The notes beneath the pieces were generated by a model. That model was not told where the DNA came from, did no database searches, and saw only the letters and a list, made by a program, of their open reading frames with translations. This document shows, one piece after another, positions 24,819 through 38,368 of a stretch of 64,000 bases of DNA. Origin of the DNA: Schmidtea polychroa (Eukaryota); contig CM097885.1 of the NCBI GenBank assembly GCA_044892525.1, positions 33,420,001 through 33,484,000 of the forward strand. Direction: 5' to 3'. The translations under genes were made by a program, and so were the position numbers. The first letter of the stretch is position 1. Each line of letters begins with the position of its first letter.

Positions 24819-26369
24819 GCGATTTTAATTGAATTTCTTGATAATTTGTTATATTTTTATTGGCTTGTTTTTTAATTTAATAATTAAATAAAAATTATTT
24901 TTAATGACAGGTTATTAATTTGAGTTTTTACAATAATCAAGTGATTGGATAAATTTTGATGATGATGACTTTGTAATGATATTGAATTTGACTAAATAAT
25001 TTTTTCAATAATTTTCTAAGAATATTTCCATTTACACATTGATGAACTTTTTAATATTAAAAATCATAAGCTAAGAAACCAGTTAACTTTATCAAGGACA
25101 GATAAAATATATTTGAAATCTACTTGAAAATTATTGTAGGATTTACTGAAATTTGTAATTTAGTTTGAAAGATATATCGGGTGATAATTGACTTAAAAGA
25201 GTTGGACAACAACTAAAGATAATTGATCTTTATTGGAGGAAATTTATCGTGTGATTTAAATTAAAAATTAAATCGGTTGAATATCGGTAAAATATAACCA
25301 TTTGAAGAAATATATTTTATTGGATGGATAAATTTAATATTTCAATGGAATCTAGTTGGTTAAATTGTACTGTAAAATTTATTTTAAATTTAGCGCAGGG
25401 AGCCACTAACTACCTATTGTGGTTTTTTACTTATGAGTATTGTAATTATATCATTTATTCTGTCTTACAAATAAATGTTAAATAAATGGTTTAAAAACCA
25501 AAAAAGCTTCATTGTTATTAAGTGTAAACATTGTTGATGTCAATATACGAAAAAGAATCAGAAAAATGAAAATTAAATTTTATTTTATTTTGTAATTGTC
25601 ATCATTGATATTTCTCAATTTCATTTTACTTTATTTTGTTTTAAAACTATCAACCAATATTTTGTTTTAATTTTCGAAATTCTTCACCTCTGTCTTTTTC
25701 ATTTGATATTAGTCAACATTTGTATTTGGTTGTGGTTTAATGGAAGCCCAAGTCGAACATGTACAATTGAAAATATGCGAATTCGTTTAAAATCTAAATA
25801 AAATTAACTCCTTGTTATAGTATCGAATTTTTAATTATTTTAATCTTTCCAAATAATACTAATTAGGAGTAAGTAAACCCCAAAGTTGGTGAATATAATT
25901 ATGAAAAATTAATTTCACATTCACGAAATTGGTTTATCGAGACAAATTTAATGATTCATTGAACATTTTTGCCGTAAATGACGTCTCAACATTTTGTAGA
26001 TTCTTTTATTTCAGTCAAGAATATAAAATCTTATTTCATTTTATTATATGATTAATATATTATTATGTGACACAAGATTATATCTGATAATTAACATATA
26101 ATATTGTTTTAATCTGTAAAATTATTTCATTCATTTAACCTTTTTGGCAGAAAATTTGGAAAAACTGTCAGTTATATGGTGCTGATTTTGAATAGTTTCA
26201 ATCAAATTATTTTCATTTTAATTAATAAATATTTTATAATAATTATTTTTTACTTTAAAAACAGTCCGGAATTTCAAATTGTTCTAAATTATCACGATAA
26301 ACTAAATTATCTTTTACCATTAAACAAAGATTTTACCTTTTTCATAAATATTTTAATAATTAAATATAT

Positions 26370-27221
26370 TGTTGAGTTTATTGGATTTTTTATGACTTAT
26401 AAATTCAACAATTACGTCTCTGATTCCAAGCGTGTTTTATCAATTCACAAATTTACAATATCGAACAAGATAACCTTTATTAATAATCACAACAGATTGT
26501 AAAAGTGGCAATTACAGCCAATCAACTTTAATATAAACAATTATACAGAGCTTATTACGTCACTACGTGAAGAATAGCTCTCCGTGTAAAATTCACCAAC
26601 AACAATAATAATCACTAATCGTCGATCGATTTAATCACAGCTATACGTTACTCGATTGCTCTATTGCTTGATCACAATTATTAACTCCTTTTTCACCGTT
26701 ATATTAGGTTTACAAAAATTATTGTTACCCTCCTAATCAAATATCTCTTATTAAATACTTTAAGTTTTAATTCAAATTCGAGTTAACTACCTTTCCCTAC
26801 CCTCTCTCTTCTATGTCTTTCCCTTATATAGTTCGTTACATTAGTGGTACTTGAGAAAGCTTTGTTTCCCCATTTATCTCCTTCCCGCATTTTCACTGTC
26901 CCAGCCTAATCAATGACTGATGTCGAGATATGCCTTGTTTTTTCTTGAAATTTTGATATCTGTGAGAAGTTGTCAAGATATACATTTTCTCATGTTTTGT
27001 TTTTGGAATTTGAGATTCCTTTCCCCTTTTTAATTAATGATGGCCTTTGTTTTAATTTCTTTGTTTGCTTTTTTTGTTTGATTTATCTTTCTCATTTCCC
27101 ATTTCTTTTTTACTTCCATTTTCTTCTCTGAGTTCCTCTAGATTGTCCCGTTTTTCATGACGATTTTCCCAGGTAACTTTCTTTATTTTTCATATTATTT
27201 ATTATTCTGGTATTCTCAACA
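26370..27221. mobile_element. Solo-LTR-like insertion (TGTTG...CAACA) with 4-bp TSD ATAT
   Basis: ATAT at 26366-26369 and 27222-27225; TG...CA ends; shares its 3' part with 24520-24818. Confidence 0.66.
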
Positions 27222-27989
27222 ATATAATATATTATTATTGTTTTATGAATGAATGAAACCAAAAAAACTTAAATAAGAATTAAAGCGAGAATAATTAATA
27301 AGATATATAAATTTATAATTTGATAAATTATTCCAATTAAACTTTCAATTAATTGATTAATAATGAATTAAATTCATTTTATTGATTAAAAATAGATTTA
27401 TTCTTTCTAAAACAAATTATTGAACAGTGAATAACGTGCAATCAATTTCTCTGGAAACGCGATGATTTTTCGCAAATTTTATTTTGATAGATTTTTGATG
27501 GAAAAAGTTTGAAATGTTTTAAAATTACTTCGAAACTTGTAAATTTAAAAAAAGTGCTTTTGTCTCTGTCAATTATTTACTTTTCAGTTGTTTATTTAGA
27601 TTGTTTACTGATTTCATTCTTCAAATTAATCAGGGGAAGAGTTTTGATTATTTGTTAATTCCTCTTTTGCCTATTCCAATGAGTCTTAGACACGCAATTA
27701 GACTAAATTTCCATTAATAATATCTAAATATGTAAATTCAACATTTTATTTTTATGCAATTTAACACATTCAAATCATTACGGAAAAAACCTCCGTTTAT
27801 CGGAAACAATAAATTCAAATATTTAAATAAATATATTTTTAAAGGATTTTTAATTTTTTTTATAAAAGCTCTCATTATTTATGTTAGTGTAATATTAAAA
27901 TAACAAATTTATTGGAAATGTTTTATTAGTTTTTTTAATGTTTTATTTAAACACATGATTTTTTTTAATTTGGCAATTTATAAAATACT

Positions 27990-28187
<198 letters not shown>

Positions 28188-28674
28188 GTTTAGGCTTTAT
28201 ATAAACATTTTTGACAAAATTGGCTTTTATTATAAGATTTATTAATAAATATATACATTAACATATTTATTAATTTACATAAACATAAAGAATTTAAAAT
28301 AAGAGTCAGTTTGTCTTTTTCTGCTTATTCTTTATTTTCAACGACATCATTTTCTTTGTCATTTTACTTTGCAATAACATTAAATACCAATTCTCTCATT
28401 CGTTCATCTTTACATATTGAAGTCTCGTTAAATCTCTGGCCAGGGAATAAATATTGAGAAATTAAAGTGTTCATAATTGTACCAAGAATAATTCTATCTC
28501 ATGATCTTCTTATTCAACCCATTACTTCACCCACCTTTGATATTACGAGATTCCCACTCGCATTTCGTTCTTGTTTAAACTCAATAAAATTTCTAATTTC
28601 TTCTCTCAAATTGACATTAAATCGCTAATTAATTGCGGTTTCAAAGATTTGAATATAATCAGTTGTGCCATAAG

Positions 28675-28890
28675 AAATGACGATTGGATCTATTTTTTGT
28701 AATGGAATGTATTTTGTATTTTAAATCCAGTATTATTCTGTCACTTTTATTCCCCATTATCAATTCTGGAAAGGCACATTTAATCCATTTTTGAATTATC
28801 ATCTGATTGCTCCACCTGATTGCACCGTAATTAACATTTTCTTTCCTTAAGAGGCATCACTTTTCACCATTTCATTTAATTGCAAATAAA
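28675..28890. repeat. Dispersed copy of part of the LTR-like repeat
   Basis: Closely matches 24240-24495 (GACGATTGGATCTATTTT...GGAAAGGCACATTTAATCCATTTTTGAATTAT). A more diverged relative of the 3' part lies at ~29460-29830. Confidence 0.8.
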
Positions 28891-29151
28891 TAACTTTTAA
28901 ATAATTTTTAGAATACTACAGAGGGACAGGCTTTTTATATAAGGATACCTTATATTTAACCATAGTCGGAAAAAAATGTTACTAGAAGCCCCAGGCTTTT
29001 AAAAACTCAGAATACATAGTATTTTTTATTAGATTGTGTATTAAATAAATAAATTTATGTATTAATTAAATTATATCTAAAATATTATTTATACAATTTA
29101 GAAAGTTTTCCTTAGTTTTCTATAAAAGTTACTTTCGCAATGTTTATATCT

Positions 29152-29256
<105 letters not shown>

Positions 29257-32200
29257 GAACTTTTTTGTCCAATTTCACCACTGATTTCTATTCCATTGTA
29301 TTTATTAAAAAAATTCTCAACAATTTATTTAAAATCACCTTGTAAATTTAAATCTTCTACTTTAGCAAATTATTTTTGCAAATTTCTCTCGTTGTAAGTA
29401 TTTATCGTCTTTTCAAGTTTGTGTACAGTTTTCACACCTTGCCATCTAATGGCACTCATTGATACTGTATTCCTTTTTTCACTTGTTTTTTTGGACACTT
29501 CGTAATTTCTGACAGCAGTCGAGATATATGTTTTTTGACAATCCCATCTCTCAGATTTTCCATGACCTTTCTTTTCCTTATCTTGAATAGGCCATCGAGA
29601 TACCAAGATAATTTAAATTCTGTTTTTGCTTTTTTTTGTTTCATTTGCACTTGTACTTCTTAATTAATAATGACCTTTTTTTATTTAATTATCTGTTTAT
29701 ATTCATTTTCTTCTGTTCCCGTCCAAATTTTCAATATCTCTCTTACACTCATATTCCACTGAGTTCCAGAACAATACCCATTCATTTATGATCATTTCCT
29801 CAATCATTTTACGCATTTATTAACTGTTTGTTTTTATTATTTAGATATCGTTATTGTTATTTAATCTCATTACAAACTCTAAAGTTCCTTTTGTATTAAT
29901 TGTAATTGAAATATAAATGGAAATAATTAATAAAAGTTTCCGCATTGTTGACCCTGCCAAATATTAGCAAAATATATTTTTTTCAAATATTTGCTTCACT
30001 TATTCTTTGACTTGAACAATTTAAACCAATCAATTATTTTCTGTAATTCCTCTTTTACACTGCTCTCCCAGAGTGATGCTGAGAACTCCATTATTAAAAT
30101 GTGTTCTAATGCGCCTATTGATTAGCTCTTGCATTATCATTTACTTTCAGACAAATGTTAAAATATAAATTTTATTTTTGAAAGAATTTTTATTAAAAGG
30201 AAAAAATTGTTGCAAATTTTACTACATTGAAACCGTATTTTAAAATATAAGCAATGCATTTTTATCTATTTTATTTTTAGAGTTAGACGAAAACAAAAGT
30301 TCATTTTGTAGTTTGATTGTGAAAGAATTTGATAAAAAATAATGCATTAATAATAAAATTTCATCAATAATTATAATAATATTTAGAAAGTAAATGATAA
30401 CATAAACATTTTTCTGCAAAGTAAAAATTGAATAAATTGAAGGAATTGTCGATTATGCAAATAATCTATGTCAATTTCTTGAGCTGGATTTAAATGTTTA
30501 AATTTTCAAATGCTTTTTGAATTTCTTATTAAAATTAGTTTTCTTCCTTTTCATTGGTTGAAAAAATAAAATAAATCATAATAAAACTTTCAAGAAATTT
30601 AAATTCGAAATTAAATTAATTATAAAATATAATGTCAATTGAAAAGGAATCAGAGGGGAAAATTGAAAAAAGTTCTTATAATTCAAAATAAAAAAAAATA
30701 AAAATTTTTAATTTTTGAAGTTTTTATAAAAATTTTTATTTTTTGAAAAAATAATATTTTTTATAAAGATTTTAATAACTTTCTATATGTAATTCCAAGA
30801 TTTTAAACATAATTATATTTTTATTTTTATTCTTAAAGGTTTGGTCACTTTTAATAATATCTTTGAATATAAATAAAAGAACATCAGCTTCTGAAACATA
30901 TTGCATAATTATATTTTAAAACTGGTATTTTAATTATAATAATAATTATAAAATCATGGTTTTTTGGTGATTAATTAAATGTTAACCAAATAAATAAGAT
31001 AAAATTTTGCTGTAAAATATGTGCTGAGAATATTTTTAAGAGATTAAAATGGGTAAAAAGATTTTTTACTTCATATATATATTATTTTTCATTATAAATT
31101 AATATTCTTTCGACAAAAAGCGAGAATATTAATTTATAATTAAAATTAAAAGAATTTATGATAAAATAATTATCTAACCAGGTCATTATGACTTTAATAT
31201 ATGGCCAGTGATACTGGAAGGTTGTAACAGCTATAATGATGTCAAATGTGTATGGACATGGAGGAATGATTTGTATCACTAGCAATACTTAAAATACATT
31301 AAAACTCCCTTATGAAGTACACCCACTAAAAGGTACAAAAAAATGAAAATGAGCCACATTTGTATCTTGAAGAAGTTTATTGACTCGTTATACAAGGTAC
31401 GTCGCTTTAAACTACACAATTTTATTTATATAATTTTCAAAATATTAATTAACTCAATAGAAAGAATATCAATTTACTTATTTTAAGTATACTTTCCTTA
31501 TATTTTTTATAATCTTTGTATTTAATTGTTATATCTCTTTTCATGACTGAAACAATTTATTTGCTAGATTTTTAAAATTCACGACATTTATTCTTTTTTA
31601 TACTTTTTATACATTTTATACTTTTTTTATTTTTCAACAAGTTTCTTAGACACCCGAAGAAGAATTGTTTGCAAATAGGGTGTAATTTATATGGATGTTT
31701 TACTGTAAAATAATAATATTATTACATAAGCTTTATGACACAGATTATTCTAGAAGATCAAGCAAAGATAAATTTATATTTATCAACTGAATAAAATATT
31801 AATATTTTCTAATGCTATACACAAAGATATTTTGAACATCAATTTGCCAACAAAACATGAGTGTAAGACGCGTATGAGATATTTTAAGTTCTTTGACATG
31901 TAATGATCGAGTTGCAAAATGTTTAAATGTCAAATGCACTCAATATTTCAAAAATTGCTATCTTAACTATCATTGTTTGAATATTCAAAGATATTAAGGC
32001 AGAAGAATATGACAATAAAGAAAACAAAACGATAGCTAAAGCAATAAAAACAAAATAAGATCAAAGTTCATTTTATTTCCATAAGACAAAAGTTTGAAAA
32101 GCTACAAATATTAAACATGTAATTTAATAGTAAAATATTAAATTTAGGCATGTTATTGTATTATATTATTGTATTTATTAAAAGGCTTGACTATGATGTT

Positions 32201-32800
32201 TTTTTATATATTTACTAATTCATTGTCAAGCAAATACTTCTATATTGTAGATCTTAAAAATTGGCAATGTTATAAATGAAAAAGATGTAATTTTAAAACA
32301 TTTGATAAATCTCTAAATATACAAGTAACATTCTAATAATTGTGTGAAGGAAAAATATTCATCGTTAAGCCACATTATCACAGGGAATGGCATTGATGCA
32401 TAAATCATCTCTTTGAGGATTTTTCATAATTTATTTTGTGAATTTCTTTAAATGTAAATGCATTTAATCGAGCATAATTGAACTTCTGACGTAGAAATAA
32501 ATACTAAATTTTAGATTTCATTTAGGCAAGATTGTCTTTCCAATATCAAATTTTCTAATAATAGTCTAGTTTTACTTTTTTCATATGAGTTGACTGAATT
32601 ATATCAAAAAGTCTTCAATTTTGACTAATTCACTAATTCAAAAATATTTTTCATGATTCTATTTATTTGCATAACATTGAAATTTTCAATAAAAATTATT
32701 TATTTATATATATTTAGATACGGAATATTGTCATTATAATAATTAATGTCAGAAATATTTTAGTTAAAATTATTTATTATTAATATTATTATTATTACTA

Positions 32801-34990
32801 TGGGCTCCGCCCCTGTTCGCTTTGCTTCACCAACCCCGTTAGAACGTTGGAAATAATAGCGGGAAAATGATAATCATATCACGTTTGAAGAAGGGAACGA
32901 AGCGGAGGCGTTATGTAAGCATAGTACAACTATGTTATTAGAGTTTTTTAAGTTAAACATGATTGATGAATTTAGTCGAACACTTATATATGATAAACTT
33001 CCCACACACTATTGGTGGGTTGAAACATCACCTAGGGTGTGGAAGAAAAGAGAACGGGCCGTAAAAACAATAAGTCGATTGCCTGCTGTATCCCCAAAAA
33101 ATATTGAAAAATTTCATTTGAAGCTTTTACTTAGAGTACAACGGGGTATTACATCTTTCGCTGGACTTAGGACCGTTGATTGTATTGAATATGCCACAAA
33201 TAAAGAGGCAGCGATCGCGCTCAACCTGGTAAAGACTAATGAAGAATTCCCTCCAATGATGGAAGAAGCTTGTCATTTTTTTTGTATATATGCTAATTGA
33301 AGTTGAGGGTATTGATGGAAATATTCAATGGGAAAAATTCAAGAATTATCTATCAGAACATCAGACCGGTAATGAAGATATCAAAAATAACACCGCATTA
33401 CGTCTTTTGGAGATCATATTGATTAAGGAAGGTGTTACACAAGAAACATATGGTCTTCCTACTTCCTGAGTAATCATCTTATACCACAAGAGACAATAGA
33501 TGTAAAGAAATGTGAAATGTATATAAAGAAATGTACGCTCAATTTAATTATGAACATCGAGTTTCATTCGATTCCATCACTCTACAGATAGAATCCGGCT
33601 TGTGTGGTTGTTTCTTTGTGGAAAGGTCCCGCTTGGACCGGGAAAACATTTCTTTATATTGCCATAATTCAATATGCACAATCCAAAAATAAGAAAGTTT
33701 CTTCTATAGCATGGACAGGTATAGCAGCAATACTCATTCCGCTCGGTCGTACTGCACACAAGACCTTTGGGTTATCATTAGGTGATATTCAATCAGGCCA
33801 TGGTCTTAGTTGGAAGACCGCTATTAAACAACAAATATTAGAAACAGTTGTATTCATATGGGATGAAGCATCAATGATACATTCAACAACTTTGTCTGAC
33901 ATTGACAAGTCATTGAAGGATTTATGCCGATCTACTCAACCATTTGGAGGGAAATCGTTTTTATTGGGTGGTGATTTCCGTCAAGTTTTACCAGTTGTTA
34001 AGCGTGATGGAAAAGCAACCATCTTAGAATCTACCATTAGGGCCAATGAATTATGGTCAAACTTCGGTCAATTTAAACTTTCTCAAAAGTAGGGGGAATT
34101 GTGATGCTAATCCGAAATCTTATTATTACAGATGGATTATGTAATGGTACAAGATTAATTATACGTAAGATAGGGATTAGAATTTTACATTGTGAAATTT
34201 TAACTGGTGATCACAAAGGCGAAATAGCGTCTATTCCACGAATAACACTGAACTCTGCAGATGATAGATCATGTCCATTTATACTTCATAGAACGTAATT
34301 TCCGGTTAGACTTGCATTCGCAATGACTATTAACAAAAGCCAGGGGCAGAGTTTTGAACAAGTCGGATTATATCTTACACCAGCTCACCCTATTTTTGAA
34401 CATGGCCAACTATATGTGGCCTTATCTAGGTGTAGATCAAGAAAGGGAATATTAATTTAAGTATACAAAGAAGTTTTGAGTTAAAATAAATAAAATAATT
34501 TTATATTAGTTTGGCTGTTTCTTTTCTTTGTAATTGGGCAAGTCGTGGTAGATATTTAACAGGTTTACGTCTAATCCATACGTGAACATCTATAACCAGC
34601 ATTTTTGGGCCACAATACAGACACTGATTATCTTGGCCACTCAAACTAAGCATGTAAGGGTAGATATTTAATGGGTTTACGTTAAATCTGAACGTACAGC
34701 ATTTAAATCCAACTTTTTTGAAGTTCATTACCCCACAATACATGCACAGATAGTCCATGTCGTCCATATCAAGGTAATATATCAAGGTTGTCTTTTTCAG
34801 TTGTCTTTTTTTAATTTTTTATGATGTATTTATTCTTTTATACTTATCGTTCTATATTACTTTGAAATGGTTTATGTTATTATCTTTTATCATAGTTATG
34901 TAAACATATTAATAAACTGAATTTTATTCTTGTCCAACAATACCCTGGATATTAACTTTAACATTAACCCCACGTTCTAACGGGGTTATG
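32801..34990 (+). mobile_element. Internally deleted Helitron/Helentron-like element
   Basis: Rep-Hel linker and PIF1 helicase fragments bracketed by the 16-bp inverted repeat AACCCCGTTAGAACGT (32832-32847) / ACGTTCTAACGGGGTT (34972-34987), with an AACCCC..GGGGTT hairpin at the right end. Confidence 0.8.
32860..34460 (+). pseudogene. Helitron Rep/Hel PIF1-family helicase remnant
   Basis: Motifs E.FHLKLLL...G.TSF..LRTV, GPAWTGKT (Walker A), [40 protein letters not shown] and [10 protein letters not shown]. Several stops and frameshifts, plus an internal deletion at ~34088. Confidence 0.92.
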
Positions 34991-35167
34991 AGAAATTAAA
35001 AGGAATAAAAACAAATTAAAAAAAATAAAAAATAAAAATAAAATAAAAAAAGAATAATAAAATAAAACAAAATAAAAAAAATTTTATAAATAAAATAAAA
35101 AATAAATAATAATAATAAAATAAATAAAATAAAAATAATAAAATAAAATAAAATAAAAAAAAGTAAA

Positions 35168-35263
<96 letters not shown>
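35168..35263. repeat. (ATT)n microsatellite preceded by an A-rich tract
   Basis: Direct inspection. Confidence 0.95.
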
Positions 35264-35266
<3 letters not shown>

Positions 35267-35479
35267 GCAGCATTAATTAAATGTTAAACACGTAAATGAT
35301 AATATAGGCCTTTTGTTGAAAAGTTTATTGTGAATAAAATGAAGTAATTTTCGATTATAAAAATAATCCTTACCAATTTCTTAGAATAAATCTTGACTAT
35401 CCTTATTTTAGGGAAATCAAGTAAAAGTTAAAACTTCGAAGACTGCACTTTTTTCTTGAAAAATTGTAAAATTATGTAA

Positions 35480-35590
35480 AAACGGAAGGACAGGAGATTT
35501 ACATTTCCCGGGTCATAGTTAAATGGGAAACGGGAGACAAAAGCCGATTCCGGATGACTCCCGGCAAAAACGGGAGAGTTGTAAAGCCTA
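35480..35590. mobile_element. Possible end of a hAT-type non-autonomous element
   Basis: GC-rich patch with repeated CGGGAG/CCCGG motifs ending GTTGTAAAGCCTA. No matching second end or TSD was found. Confidence 0.35.
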
Positions 35591-38240
35591 AATAGAACAA
35601 AAAATCAAATAACAAATAAGTTTTATTTAATGATCATTAACTATTACAAGCCCAAAATAAAATATTTGTCTTAATTATTTTGTAAATCAACATACACCAA
35701 ATATAATTGGTAAAAAGGAGAGACAATGTTAATTATGGAGAATGAGATATTCATGGCTTTCTCTTGTATTGAAGCTTAAAATCCGTTGAAAAAAATTGAA
35801 CCGAATAAAATAAAATAATTTCAGAGCTCAGAATTATTTTTGATCAAAAGTATGTGTAATTATTTTTTTTTAAAAGACATTAAAAATTAAAAGTAATGGA
35901 AATACTATGTCTTCTTTTATACAGATTTTATTAGTATTTAACAGAACGTTCAAAAACCTTTTATTTCACGATAAATTCAGAATTTATTTTAAATTATTTA
36001 ATATTAGTTTTATTTTTGTTTTAAACGGGTTCTTATTACCTCACTGAAAATATATTCTACATTATAAATTCAAATTTAAATACATATTCTCGTTCTAAAA
36101 GAAAATTAGAATGAAAAATATAAAAATTATTGCTAATTTAATATATTCTTCCTAACCAAGAGGTCTTTGACAAAAATAATTTTAAAACGTCAAAAAATGC
36201 TTAATTTTTCGTTTTCCACAAAAGTTAATTTGTTTTTGATTGTCCCTCTGCATTTATAAATTTCTACTGATTTTTATTGACCATTTCAATAAATTAAAAC
36301 AAATATCATTTAATAAAAGAAATTGCCTTTACACTAGATTTTTATATTTAACCCAAAAAATATATTTAAGTTAACCAAACAATACCGTTTATTAGAATGA
36401 TAAATATAATTTTTTTATTGAAAAATTTTATTGATAAAGTAATAATAATATTATTAATATTTTTTAATTAAAATTTTTCTCATTTCATTAGTGAAAATGA
36501 AAACGGCTTTCTAATTAATTCTGGACAATCAGACAAATGAAAATGTTGTGTAAATTAATAATTGCTAAATTCACGTAATTTCCTTATCGTTTGTTAAAAG
36601 AAAAACTTATTCAAAAGGAAAAGTTAACTGAAATAAAAATAATTTATTCATGCAAATATATTTCAGTGGACAATCGAAAATTGCGAGGATAAAATATAGA
36701 AATATCTTTTAATTTCTATTAATATGCAATTAATTATATTTTCAAAAGTGATATACTGACTAATAACTTAATTAGCATAAATGAAATATTTTTTAGTTAA
36801 TTTATTTTAAAAATTATTTAAGTTTATTTTATTTTATTAATATTCATTTTTAAATATTCTAAAATTTTCTCCCCGAAAATTAAAACAATTTTATTTGACG
36901 ACAACGAAGACATGTCAATTATTTTATTAAATGTACTTTTCTTTTCTTTGTTTTAAATGTTTTAAATTTTTTTAGTTAGCAAATATTTTGCATTATATTG
37001 GAAAGTTAATGTTTTAAAAAAAGTCATTTGTTTGGTAAACAAAATTATCTTTTCTTTTTCTGAATGTAGCTTGGAGAGAAAGAGTGGTGACAAATTTTTG
37101 TTTTTATTTAATATAATTTTGGAATTTTTTTTTACTTTTATAGTTAATTAAGTCAAATTTGTTTTAGCTGTCTCTCTGTTTTTTTATTATTAAATGGCAA
37201 TTTGTCAACATAATTTTAGGGATAATATTCCTAACAAATTAATGTGAACGACTTTTTATGGTAGCCAAAACTTGATTGAATTTATTTTATAAATATTTAT
37301 GTAATATTAAATAAATTACTTTTAATCTAAGACTGACTTCGCAAGAAATGAATTTCAATATTTTTAAATATCTTCAAAGCTATTTAAAAACCATTTTCAA
37401 AACTGATTTTTAAAATTTTTTTAATTTTCAGTCTTCTAGAATCCAAAACCTGAATTATTGATCAACATAAAATAAAAATATTTGAGCAATAGTTATAAAA
37501 CCGAAATGAAGATAAATTTATAATTTCATACATAAAATGATGTTAAACAAACTTTTCAAATATTCCATTTAATTAAGTTATTTTTGTCAACATTAATTTT
37601 ATGTCCAACTCCGACGATTTTCTATTGTATTCTTTGTCAATTAAAATATGGTTATGTACTTTTTATTTGTTTAATAATAATATTTGCAAAATAATTGATA
37701 GATTTACTTTCTCTGTAAATAGCCGTTGTTAAATAGTTAAATTTAAATAGTTATTGTTGCCATTAAAACAAGCAATTTTCGAAACATCTAAATTATTGTC
37801 TTTTGTTTATCTGCAGACTAAGCATATTTAACAAGGACTTTCCTCGCAAAATGTATTACAGGATTAGGAATTTTAATAATAATCTTGAAACAATTTTTTT
37901 TAAGTTGTTTATTTATTTTAACGAAAAGAAACTTAAAAATTAGAAATTTTAAAATGATTTATATATTCAATCCACGTTTACAAAAAATATATTCCTATTA
38001 TTTACTTTGCATTTAATATTAGTAAGATCTATTGCGTATATATTTAAAAATAAAACTTTTTTATTCAACCAAAACAATATATTTTTTAATAGATTATTGT
38101 TTAAATGTAATGATTTCGCATATGTAGAATAATGACAGAATAAGGATCAGATTTAAAATATTCATATAATTTATAATTTTTGTTATTTAATTTATAATTT
38201 TATACAATATTTTATACAATATATAATTTTTTTATATATA

Positions 38241-38368
<128 letters not shown>

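Larger units (their letters stand above)
21878..25418 (+). mobile_element. Non-autonomous Polinton-like derivative (3.5 kb including a nested insert)
   Basis: Left end AGTAAGTAGTTA, right end CTAACTACCTATT; flanks ATGGTT (21872-21877) and GTGGTT (25419-25424). It carries the same arm sub-repeats as 1-900. Internal 23460-23610 and 24823-25100 are colinear with ~1310-1880 of the pPolB element. Confidence 0.82.

Noticed and set aside
29370..29650. Minus-strand ORFs as a gag zinc knuckle
   Set aside because: No convincing CX2CX4HX4C motif, and the frame is not conserved in related copies at 24520-24800 and 26925-27221.
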